A stretch of DNA of 64,000 nt from Yuukianura sp. NJ FZ-2021. Taxonomy: Eukaryota. The notes under the pieces were generated by a model that saw only the letters and a list, made by a program, of their open reading frames with translations, ran no database searches and was not told where the DNA came from. The stretch spans positions 8,370,001-8,434,000 of the forward strand of contig CM102286.1 of NCBI GenBank assembly GCA_046563655.1, written 5' to 3'. This document shows positions 15,001-26,695 of this stretch, in pieces (the first letter of the stretch is position 1; each line of letters starts with the position of its first letter). The position numbers and the translations under genes were made by a program.

Positions 15001-18000
15001 GGAAAATGAAAGTCAAGTGGGTTGAAATAGGGAAAGTGACTTTGAGGAGATAATGGAGTGAAAAGGAAAAAGCGGCGGGAGATGATGATGGGGTACAAAG
15101 TTTCAAAAAAGAGAAAGCGCGGGAAAAAGCTCTCCTCGCTTTAAAAAAAACGAAGTGGCTCCTTTCCTAAAGCAGTGCTGTATGTGCTAGTGCTTTGTGT
15201 ATTGTATGTTATTTCCACTTCTCCAATTTTGAGTCAAAATTCCCTAAAGTCTCATTTATAATTTTTGAAGTGTCTCTTCCGTAGGGAGGGGAAAACAAGA
15301 CAATGGAGAAATGTGCAACAGAAGAACAGCACAGCATTCTTACTGCCGGTTATTACGCAGGCCTCCCTCCTTATGTTGCAACACTAACACACACATCACG
15401 TCATGCTGTTTTACACTTCACTGAAAGTCTAGTCTTTTTCTTACAAATTTAGTGTTTTGAAAAAAAGAAGCTATTTTCAAGGATTTTCAAGAATCAAGTT
15501 TAAGACACCAATTTTTCTCTTTCCAAAAATTCTTGGCTCTGATTTTGCTACAAATAAGACAATCCATCAGGGATTTGTGAGGATCCAAGATTTACGCCAA
15601 GTTGCATCCCAAAATATGACGCTACAAATTGGGAAAAAATATAATATGCTATTTTTATGTTAGTTCATTTACCCCACGTAGAGCGAATTTCAAAACTTTT
15701 GAACAAATCCAAAAAGATAAACAAGATCGAAGGTTGTGCAAGATTTAACAGGTTTAGGAGTGGACAAAACTTTCTGGCACTTGGAAACTGACCTTATGTG
15801 TACTTAAGCATTCACCATGGAACTGGATTTAACTTTTAGTGGACAACCGCATCTGAGAAAATAAAAAGTGCGGGAAGAAGACATAAGTTGTGAATTTACT
15901 TTTCCCCAAACGTAGTCAAACTACAAGTATAAGTTCTGCTCCTTTGAATAAATAGAAAGAAAAGCAGAAAGATTCTTCTTCATTTCTTTTCTCTTTTCTC
16001 CTTCCAGAACACAAACCATAAATCCTCACTTACTCTGAAGGAAAAAGGAAACGAATTTTCTTAGTCCATTAGGACAAAGTCATTGTTCCTTGGTCCGGAT
16101 GGCACGCACTCTGACACTCACCATAACCTAACCATATACCCTGCTCCTGTCTTCAATCCACCCAAATCATCACTTTCTCCTGCTGCCCTGTTCAATTCAC
16201 TTTCTTCTTCTGGATACATATTATTCAATTCCAGACTACGTTTGAAGTGGATGGAAAAAGGAACAGAGGAACACCATTACGCACTTTCTCTCCAGCATCA
16301 AATCAAGATTCATAAGGACTAGAGAACCACAGGAGTCAGAGGGAGACAGTCAATGCGGAGAGGATGGAGAGGAAATAATAAATTTGGAAGGGGTTCAAAT
16401 GAAACCGGAGACAGTTTCATATGGAGAGAGATCATTTACTTAATTAAATTGTAACGGAAAAGACGCAGAGCTCTTTCCACTTTCTCTTCTATTTTACTTT
16501 CTCCTTCAGTTCAAATGTTCAATCGAAAGGCGGAAGCCGGAGCAATTGAAGTGGATTAATAGAAAAAACGGAACGAAGTGGGAGGGGCTTCCGCTTCAAT
16601 TTCTTCCAAGATTTTCTCAAACATCAAAGTTGAAAATCAGCATAAAGCGGCACAGGAGCTACTTCCAGCTTAACATGTGCGTGAGCGGGAAAAGAAAACT
16701 TTATTCTTTCTAGAAGAAAAAAAGCTGAGGCCACAGTTTAAAATGAGTTTGAAAATTTTATTGAAAAAAGGAACTCAAAAGTTTGCACAGCTGAAATATC
16801 CGCCTCAATAGAAAGCTTTCTTATAAATTTTAGCGTCAGGAAATGCAGCAATATGACTCATACCAATTTCAACCCCCCCGGCATGGAGCTTCGATATTCA
16901 AAAGACTTACTCGTTTGAAATTCAAAGCGTAATGATAGTGTAATTAAACAATTATTGCTAGCGGGTTAAGGTACTTATATGAAAGGAAAAATTACAAATA
17001 GGAACAAAGGGTGAGCCAAAATTGGTTCTTGAGGAAATGTTTAAACTTTTGAAAAAAATGAAAGCAATTGTATGATTCTATTTAGCCAGCACTGCCCAAA
17101 TTTTAAACTTATTAGTCTACTATAGAACTCATCGATCTTAGTGGAAACGCTGTTTCTACAGATTAGAATCGCCGTGGAGTCCAAACTTCAAAAGTTGGCA
17201 AAATTTATGCATATTGTGCCAAAGAATAATTTGGTGGTGCTTTGCTCCCGCGGCAGAGCGCAATTAAATATAGAGGATCTCTGCAAACTCTCTGACTCTT
17301 CTCATTGAAATAAATGATAAAGCAAATGGCTGGCAAAGGACTCCCTGGAAAGTGACGAAACCAGGAACCACTTACCATAAAATATTCTCAAATTGAGTTA
17401 ATATATGAAAAAAGAAGCTCCATTAACGTGTCACTTCCAGAAGTCGAAAAATAGCACATGGCTCCGACCATGTCAAAGTTCATTTCCTACCAACTACCAA
17501 GACCAACTGCAATGCAGAAATAAAACTTCTGTTTTGGCCAATTTTCTAAACTTAACCAAAAGTGGTTAAAAAAAAGAAACTCTAAGGCGGTTTTAGGTAT
17601 ATAGTAATAAAGGTTTGATACATTTATCTGCATTTTTAGCTGCATACAGTAGCTGAATTCTAACAGAAAGCTTGAAACACACAGATAATATTTAACCAAG
17701 AACTGTCAAGAAAGTCCAGCTTTTAAAAATAAAGGTAAGACAAGTTTCAGTAACCTTCGATTCTTTTGTCTTTATGTTTTATTTAAAAAAAAAAACAGCA
17801 TCGAGAAATATATTGCCGAATTCAAAGGTGTTTCGAAATGTAATTGTCTGAGGCACGTTGCTAAGATGCGAATTTGTGCAATTGTGAGATTTCAAAATAT
17901 TCAACAAAAATTTCGCAAATAACCATATACTACAATATAAACGACACCACGAATGCGCGCACCCTCGCTTTCACTTTCCCAACTTTTACGCCTTATCAAA

Positions 18001-20555
18001 ACCATACTTTCTATTTTTGGTTCATCTGATGGAGTGTTTCCTAAAAAGGCGTAAAAGTCTTTTGCACGCAAGTTCCTCAAGTTCTAGTTTGAGACTATGA
18101 ACTTACGCGTATTAGCAAACAATTTTTTTTTCAATTACAATTGGCAGTTGTCGATCATTTTATTTTAATATTTTAAGAAAATCGTAACGCGTCTACACAG
18201 AAACGAAATCAATCCAACGAGTTATATTTACTTACGCATTTCTTTTTAAATTTAGCATAAGCTTTCATATTTTCAATTGAACGTTTTGAAGCGAGAGCAG
18301 TATATATAGTATAATTTCCACTTCACAGAAATAACATTCATTCACTCAAACTTCCAATAAAGAATTCAAAAATTTAAAAAATCTGAAGTCATAAACTGTA
18401 ACAGAGTAATTCATACTACTAATTCGCGGCCCTTTCCTGCAGCAATTCCGTTCACATTTAATTTATGACACTTTCATTCCATTTGAATAAAAACGCAGAA
18501 AGGCGTATAGTGGAGTGCCTTGTTATGTAACATCGCTTGTCGTTTTTTTTTGTTTCTCCAGAAATGGAAATCCATAATTTTAGTCGTCTGTTCCAAAATG
18601 GCCTAATCTTGATTTAGTAATGAAAGCTATTTGGTAAAACTATGCATTCATAGGCTTATGACGTGTCAAAACCTTTACAAATTATCGCTTGAAATCACTG
18701 GCACATACTTTGAAAGCTATTCAAATGCTTCAAAACTCACGGATTCCACACGACGAAAACGAAATAGTACCATTGAACTTAAATTTTATGGGAATTTGTA
18801 CTGTTCGTTTGGAATTAGGATGACAGGTTTTGAAATGGCTCTTAAGACAATTATTTTATCATAAGAATTTCGACAGTTATCGGAAGTTATGGTGGATTTT
18901 TAAAAGCAAAAATTACAGTTGGAACTAAAGTTAAAGTTTATGATCAGTTTACCGGAATTAGCCAAAAATCTAAATATCCGACGTCCGGTTTTAGCAAACG
19001 TAACGTAGTTTGGTTTCAAACATGAAATTAAAACTTCCTATCAATAGGCAACACAATATGGCTTAATACCTAACAAAAAGTTTTCGTTCAGCGCTCGTAT
19101 AAGTCACCTTTAACTGCTTTATTCCCTATGCTATTAACTATGAAGGAACAAGCAAAAACTTTATGAAAACTGTGATCCGCAACCTTAGAATTTTTCAAAA
19201 AAAAATTAGTCAAACATTAAAATTCTCCTTTGATGCTTTCATCGAAAGGTCAGTTCAACTTGGCGACATAAATGGCATTGTTCAATTTTAAAATTGTAAT
19301 TCTTTTGAAAATTGCGACCCACCCGATTCTGAACTATCTAGAATGTTTTTGTGTTTTTGTTTTGCTTCTTTAATTCACGTTTTTCTTCCAGCAATCACAC
19401 CGAGGAGTTCCAAATAAACATTTGAAATCAGGGCAGACGAGGAACTTTTTACGTTCTCAGTGAAAAATTGTGGATGGGTAGCAAAGTTCACATGTTAATA
19501 ATTTGAAAAGTAAAGTAACCAATTCGTCTCAGTCATCATGTTTTCGTGGGAAAGTTCAAAATTTTATACACCATGACGCAAAGCCCGGCTTCTTAAGAAA
19601 TACAGTTCAAATTCAGGACTTTGTGCTTAAATCTTTAATGAATTGCAGGCAGGGGGACTATGGAATAAGGTTTGATTTTTCGCAGGGTAGAAAATCTAAT
19701 CAACTATTTTGAAGTGAAAGTGCTTCAGTTCCTTCAACTCGGACGATGCTCTCTCCCAACTTAAACCTTCGCTCAAAGGTGCTGCCATAGAATCGCCAAA
19801 GTATCACACTTCAAAGACAAAGCTTCCCGGAAAGTTGGGAACTTCAGTCTCGTCGTTTGTCAAAGGAAACCATAATTAAGCCCAAAACTGTTAAATTTAC
19901 CTCATGCAATACGACCTTGCATTTCGTTTGGTACACGACAATTTTCACGTTTCGACTTTAAAAAACCATGGAATTTTGAACATGTCTTGTGGGAAGCAAT
20001 CAAGTATGGATAGTTATGTTTCGTATCGTAGGGGTAAAATAAACCGTGGCATGAGTGTAAAAAAATATTGGAGTAAACTTTAACCAACATGAAAACATAA
20101 ATATTAAATTGCACTATCATGCTGTTGACTATTTTCAATAACTTTTGCTGCCAACTAGATACTGCAACGCACGCCTAGTCACGCTTTCTCAAACTGCTGC
20201 ACAAGGTTCATACATGATACTTTTAAAACTTGAGTTCAATGTTCATCGGTTTATATCGACGCAAAAAATTCTTAAGTTTTCGTAGTGGCATTTGTTCAAA
20301 CCGGTTCAGTTCCATTTGATTTTGATCGATTTCATTGCAAGCACAAACTTTTCAATTTGAATTCGCCAAGTGATGCCACAAAATTCAGGAAGATAAAACA
20401 GTAACAATTTTGTTTCGCCCGTGGGCGGTTTACAGCAATCAAGAATTTAATTTGCTAAAATATCAACTAATTCGAAAATCAATTACAAACTTACAAAGTA
20501 TGAGGATCATCCAATGAAGTCCAGCGAAAACCATTGTTCTCCTTTTCGTTCTCAT
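1..20555 (-). CDS. tei: Multi-immunoglobulin-domain cell-surface protein, faint sausage/teiresias-like (3' end beyond left edge of window)
   Basis: Eight internal/5' exons plus a ninth running off the window join in frame through GT-AG introns: 20555-20495, 14080-13574, 12856-12455, 7728-7606, 3793-3703, 3383-3325, 2328-2245, 1947-1753, 177-<1. The product begins with a signal-peptide-like MRTKRRTMVFAGLHWMILILCHIVLC. Ig domains follow (LKLKC...W...DNGIWQC; IQCVVEGGNPPPKITW...SVVC; YPPSFVISRIPGFGYPIREGIAMALKCDIDANP...DGFLNFTNVERNQTGWYKCVSHHPLGKYSSVGYYLNVRY; QEAGSYRCVAQN; LSVEMCANPPP). The GFGYP.REG, DGFLNFT and CANPP motifs match my recollection of Drosophila Fas/Tei; orthology is not search-verified. 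Confidence 0.85.
4136..4350. mobile_element. ~215-bp MITE in a tei-like intron
   Basis: Terminal inverted repeats TATAGTTTGTCTATTTT(T)AGAAGGCGG / CCGCCTTCTTAAAATAGACAAACTATA. Ends are compatible with either an AT or a TA target duplication, so the superfamily is ambiguous. Confidence 0.7.
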
Positions 20556-22418
20556 TGCTTTGTGTTGTGATTCAAAATGATGACAATCTTAAGATGAAGT
20601 CACCTTCAGCAGTATTCGTAGGCGGGAAGCGATGACAGCTAAAACCCAAATGTCACTGTCGACCGTAATGGAATTCTGCGATGTCTCCTTGTGCAGTTGT
20701 GCTTGTCAATTTCCATAGTCCTTGTCTCGATGACAGCACCGCCAGCACTTTAACGACTAAATGATCCTGCAGTGGCTCACATAACCATCACCATTTCAAC
20801 TTAAGTTTAGCTATTAAACTTATGCGTCTTTAGAAGGCGCTTGTTTTCCAACTCTTTGTCCTCCATTTTAATAAACATCTTTAATGTTTACAGACATTTC
20901 AACGTTGCGATTTCAAATTGTTCAAACTGGGGCATGCTTAAATTCATCCCCTTAAAAATATTGAACACGCGCTAGAAGAACCCACAATAATTGGATATTC
21001 TGGATTGGAACAATAAGGAAAGCAGACCGATATACTGGATCAACGCTGTTCAAATGTTTTTTCGGTGTTCAAATTTTTGTTAGGAAGTGGTTTTGATTAG
21101 AGTCTTTTGTGCAGAAACACTGAAGGGGGATGTGATCTCCTTCGGAAGTGGAGGGGAACTACGAGGGATTACGTTTCAGTGCGTTTAGAAAATGCACAAT
21201 AACGTTCAGAACAGAATCCCCAACTGATTGGAAATGGACTGATGGGGTCGAGGATAAAAGTCAGCAGCTTATTAGCAACTTTGGGTCTGGAGTTGATCCT
21301 GAGTAGTTTCGGATATTGTTGGAGTAGGACTGAACGTTTGCAGAGAGACGATGGAAAGTAAACTGCCGGCTTGGAAGGAGAAAACATGGTACTTATACAA
21401 CAGTGGTAAAATAGAAATGCATTCGTTGGGGGTTCCATGCTCTCTGAAGTAAAACCGTGAAAGTGACTACACTTTGGATAGTTTCGTGGGAAACGGTTTC
21501 CCGTCGGCTTCTGCGCACGGGTCAAAATCGGTTCATAAAAAAATCACCCTGAAATCAAACCGGTGAAACGTGTATCCTCGGAGTAACAATGAAATATTCT
21601 TATGTCATCACTTTCCGGGTGTGGGAACCAACAATGAAAGTACAAACAAAATTCAATCAATTCAAAAATAATCAAATCAAATCAAATCAACCAACAAATA
21701 CAACTTTTCAAAAATTTCACAGAGTAAATCCAAAATCAACTAGGTGTAGATTCAAAACCGACAATAATTGTGGCGAAAGTTCAAGTTAACTTTTTTTCTT
21801 CAATAAAGTTTGTTTGATGAGTAAAAACGTTCATCGTCAGTTAATGTCATGATGCCAATAATATCTCTAAAAGTTTGCATTGCAAGTTGGAGAATCTTGA
21901 TTGAAAAATTTTCAATTTGGACATGCCTACCTCGTATCGTCGTAGGCCTGTCCTGGGCCTGGGCGTGGAAATCTCCTGTCATCTGGTGGACCGTTATCGA
22001 GATTTCGGTAAGGATATTGTGAGGCGAAAATAAGAACCCGTTACAAGACTGAATTTCTTTTTTCCCAGTAAAACGTTTTAACTTTTTTAAGTAATAAATT
22101 ACTAATTTGAAAAATAAGTTCCCTCTCCCTCTTTAGCGTAAACTCGGCATCAAATCTATGTAAATTGTAGAAATAAATGTAGAAATGAATTAAATCCAAG
22201 TTATCTTGAGGAAATACAGCATGCAGCGAACAAAGTCATCCCATTAGCCTAATATAAAACTAGGTTTTTCAGACTACTCTAACACAGTGAAACTTTAGAT
22301 TTACCGAAAATTAACGGACATCGGAAAACAACAATTTTTTTTCAAAGTACAGAGTAGAGAGTTGGTTCAAGCCGCAAATGACATAAAAATAACTTCTACA
22401 AAATGTTTTCATGCCCAG

Positions 22419-23558
22419 TATGGAGGGAGTTTGATGGCAAAATTATTTTAAAGTTTCGCGCGTTAAAACATGTTCCGCCAATTAAAAACGAGAGTTTTCG
22501 CGCATTACTTTAATGCGCGAAAACTTTTTTTAATTGCAGTAATTTTAATTGCAGAAAAATTTTAACGCGCGAAAAAGTCTAAGCGTACGTTAACGGAACG
22601 TACGCTTAGAAACGTACGCTTAGGAAACGTACGCTTAGAAACGTACGCTTAGAAAACCTACGCTTAGAATGCATGTCCAATAGAAATCACCTTGCCAGTA
22701 CTGATCAGAATTAGTATTCTGTAAATTATTATTTATTGTCTATTATTATTTATTATTTATTATCTATTGTAGACCATGAAACACTTCCTTTCTCATATGC
22801 TTTGTAAGGTTTTCAAAAATGTATGGCACCATACAGTGTTGCTGGGTATCCACTTTTTTGACATTTCGTCCACGGCTGTATATCCACTGGAAAAAATGGC
22901 CGAATTCAATGGGGCGGAGGTTTGCCCGTGGGGTTTGAAATACTTAAATCGTTAAATCCAAAAAACAAACAATGCAAAATATCGTACAAAAACGAAGGAA
23001 ATGTCTTTTTGTAAGAGTTTTATTTATTTAAAACTCTTTTTTTAAATAAATACTTTATTGCAGCAATAAAAGAATCTTTTTTTGATATTATTTTGTAATT
23101 TTGAATTTGATTTTTGTTGAATTTGGCGCTAAGTTTTTGATTTCCTCCATCCATACATTTTTGAAAACCTTACAAAGCATATGAGAAGGGAAGTGTTTCA
23201 TGGTCTACAATAGATAATAAATAATAAATAATAATAGACAATAAATAATAATTTACAGAATACTAATTCTGATCAGTACTGGCAAGGTGATTTCTATTGG
23301 ACATGCATTCTAAGCGTAGGTTTTCTAAGCGTACGTTTCTAAGCGTACGTTTCCTAAGCGTACGTTTCTAAGCGTACGTTCCGTTAACGTACGCTTAGAC
23401 TTTTTCGCGCGTTAAAATTTTTCTGCAATTAAAATTACTGCAATTAAAAAAAGTTTTCGCGTATTAAAGTAATGCGCGAAAACTCTCGTTTTTAATTGGC
23501 GGAACATGTTTTAACGCGCGAAACTTTAAAATAATTTTGCCACCAAACTCCCTCCATA
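22419..23558. mobile_element. Non-autonomous foldback DNA transposon, IS3EU-like (TATGG termini, 6-bp TSD)
   Basis: 408-bp inverted arms (22419-22826 and 23151-23558) with only a few mismatches by eye, around a 324-bp spacer. Termini are TATGGAGGG...CCCTCCATA, flanked by direct GCCCAG at 22413-22418 and 23559-23564. The arms contain tandem AAACGTACGCTTAG units. Confidence 0.85.
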
Positions 23559-23925
23559 GCCCAGTGCGTCCATTGCAGGTTAAAATTGCGCTAAACTGAG
23601 TTTAGTTAAACTCAGTTTAGTTTTTTAACTGACGGTTAACTTTTGTTTGTTCAGTCAACCAACTTTTCAAAAAGTTAAACTCCGTTTAGTAAAACTCCGG
23701 TTAACGTGAGAATAGGAAATTGGATTACTAAGCTGCACAATTATTGTGCAAGTGGTCTGATTGGCTGAAACAAGAGCACCGCGAAAGTTGAACAGTTTGT
23801 TTACAAATTTCAAACTAAAATTAGATTCTAAACTGAGCGAAACTTGTGATCTCCTCTCTCCTCTTTACCAAATTGCATAGGCAGATTCTAACTAACTATT
23901 CTAGTTTCTGATTGATTAGTAATTA

Positions 23926-24880
23926 ATGGAGTTTCAGAAACGAAAGAGAGGGCCTAACTTTTCAACTAAAGACAGGGAGATATTGATTGATATAGTTTTG
24001 TCAAAGTTCAAAGAAATTATCGAGTGCACAAAAACAGACTCCGTTACGACAAAGCAAAAATCCGAAGCATGGAGTGAGATCTCCCTTCAATTCAATTCTG
24101 TGGCCAGTGTAAGTCGTACAACGGATAACTTGAAGACTTTGTACGAGAATTTGAAAAAGAAAACCAAGAAAACTGCTGCCAGTGACCAGGTCAAGCGTTA
24201 CAAAACTGGAGGTGGAACAGATGAAACTGAAACTGAACTAGATTCCATTGATGAAAAACTTTTGGCGATTCTTGGGCCAAAGGTAACCCCCCTCAACAAT
24301 CCTTTCGACTCGGACGCTGTTTACAACGGTGAAGCTCTTGATACAGGTAAACTAGTGAATTTGTAACGTTACAATGTTAAATTATATCACTTATTCAATG
24401 TGTTTGAAAAGTTTAGTTCTAAACATTATTTTTGTCTTTCAATTTGCAGATACTCCGGTAGTTGATAACATCGAAATCGTGGAGGTATTGGGACAAGACT
24501 CTCATCAAGCAGACAGCTTCCCCCTGACATCGATTACTGCAATGGCTGAGGATAAGACGAACTTCACCACAAATCAACGTGTACTTTACAGTACTGACGC
24601 TCATCCTTCTACATCCAGTTCAGTGGTCCAAAACAACACGCCGAACCTAAGCTCAGCTGCTACGATGTTATGCAGTAACTGCTGGAAAGGTAGACGTCGC
24701 CCTATCCTTAAAATAGGAACACTGACGGAAAAGAAGGTTGATGCCACAACTAACGTAGGGGAACTAGCTCTTACCAAAAAACTATATTATGAGCGCCTAC
24801 TTGAAATGGCTGAAGTGGAGCACAAAGCAAAACTTCGTATGTTGGAAGCGAAAACTGAATTTTATTTGAAAAAGTTGTAA
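23926..24880 (+). CDS. Harbinger-associated Myb/SANT-like DNA-binding protein (MSANTD3-like), 2 exons, ~283 aa
   Basis: Exons 23926-24346 and 24450-24880 join in frame (phase-1 GT-AG). N-terminal KRGPNFSTKDREILI...W.EI...FN...RT...LK..Y.NLKK...KTGGG motif is typical of Harbinger Myb-like proteins, followed by a C-terminal coiled-coil. No stops seen. Confidence 0.88.
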
Positions 24881-25609
24881 GTATTCCTATGTAATCTCAT
24901 TTGTACTTTAAAAAGTAATATTAACAAGCTCAAGTAAAGTGATCTCGTATTAAGGCTGAACGTCGTGTGGTATTAGCAGTACCCCCTTTTTCACCTGGTA
25001 AGTAGTCTTCTGGTTGTTCAAAATCGACTGTACATCCTTTAAGTTTTTGTTGGTCCAAAAAATCAGAAAGTTCACGATCCATTGGAGGCTCATCTTCGCC
25101 TACCATTGTAGCAATGTTGTGTGAAACAACTGTAGCGACGACAATGCTAGAAATGCTCCCCGTTTTCACTCTTAAGCCATATTTTAGTATCGCAAATCGT
25201 GTTTTAAGTACTCCGTTCTCCTTTCAATGCAGTTGCGTGCTTGGACTTTGACTTTTGTTGTAGTTTTATTCTGCTTGCGTTTTTGGTGCTAAACGTGGAG
25301 TCAGTAGGTAGTCCCGACAAGCATATCCACTATCTCCAACCAATGACCCTTCAAGTATTTCGCCATTTTCAAACATTGCAAACTTGTGAGAAGATTCGAA
25401 GATTGTACCGTCGTGAGTTGATCCAGGCCATCGAGCTAGGTACGACATCGGTAATGTAGACGCTGGGATCCGAAATTAGTAGAACATAGAACGAGAAGTA
25501 GCCTTTTCGATTTCTGTATACTTCTGCGTAATTACTTCGGGAGAAAATTGGAACATGCGTTCCATCCATTGCGCCAATTAGCCCATGAAATCCGGATTGC
25601 TCGTAAAAT

Positions 25610-26695
25610 CATAGAGTAACCATGACGATTCGATTTTTTTTCTTTTAACTAGAGTGGACATAAGGCATTTTTTCAACAAAATTTTTGAAACAAATTAAAA
25701 GAGGTTAAAAGAGGTAAAAAACCGCTTTCATCCGAAGTTTAAGCAAGGTTCACACCAAAAATGAAATTTAGATTTTCAGTCTTCAAAATTTCTAAAATTA
25801 TGAATAAAATTTCGAAAAGCAGGGGTTTTGAGACAAAACCGCCCATATCTGTCACGATACAACTGGTGACTAGTAGTATGCCCAGAAGGGGTGACAGCAA
25901 CCCAACAATTCGTCCTCCTGCTAAAATTGCTTTCGAAAAAGTTAAATTAAAGTTACTATTTCCTAATTCTAATTACTAATACTTAACGTTGTCAACCTAC
26001 AAACTCTTCAGCAAGGGGACATCTTCGGAGAATTGAGGATGATCAGCATGGATGAACACACTTTTGAGTGTTCACACGCGCTTACTTTGCTTCGCTTGGT
26101 CATTAGACAATACTGTAAAAGTAGGTTTCATTACATAGCCAAACAGGAAACCACTAAGCTAAACCCAACTACTACAGTTAGTAGCCTTATCTTAGAAACT
26201 GCTCGGATTGGCGCTTCTCATTTCACTCCTCCCACGGTTACCGTAAAACTTCGAGTAATGTGCAAAACTCTTACATTGAGTTGAGTTTTGACAATTTCTC
26301 TTCTCGCCTTCCCTCCACTAGTTGGAAGCTGGCGGTATAAGAGGAGGGAGAAAGAGGGATAACGTGGTTTCTAAGATAGGGCCATTACGTATTCCTAACA
26401 CTTGTAACAATACTAATTTTCAGAGGTCAGTAATGTTAGATCCAGAGTATTTCCGACTCGCGAATTTAAACTCTCTTGTGAAATAAAATCTCACTTAATT
26501 CTAAATAGTTTTATGTAGTTAATGGTAATGGTTAAATGCTACCTGCAATTCATCGTTTGTGTGAACCTGGCTTAAACTTGAGATGAAAACGGTTTTTTTT
26601 TCGCTTTGAAAATGTTTCAAAAATTTTGTTGAAAAAATGCCTTATGTCCACTCTAGTTAAAAGAAAAAAAATCGAATCGTCATGGTTACTCTATG
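25610..26695. mobile_element. P-superfamily-like non-autonomous DNA transposon inserted in the Harbinger nuclease
   Basis: Termini CATAGAG...CTCTATG with ~80-bp near-perfect TIRs, imperfect to ~160 bp. Perfect 8-bp TSD CGTAAAAT at 25602-25609 and 26696-26703. Internal plus-strand peptide SHALTLLRLVIRQYCKSRFHYIAK resembles the C-terminus of THAP9/P transposases. Confidence 0.8.
26175..26389. mobile_element. Tc1/mariner-type MITE (copy 1), nested in the P-like element
   Basis: TA flanks. TIRs CAGT...GCCTTATCTTAGAAAC / GTTTCTAAGATAGGGCCATTACG. The interior is homologous, in reverse orientation, to 57788-58002. Confidence 0.8.

Noticed and set aside
22575..22670. Tandem AAACGTACGCTTAG units resembling a CRISPR array
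   Set aside because: No unique spacers, eukaryotic context, no cas genes; it is part of a transposon arm mirrored at ~23310-23400.
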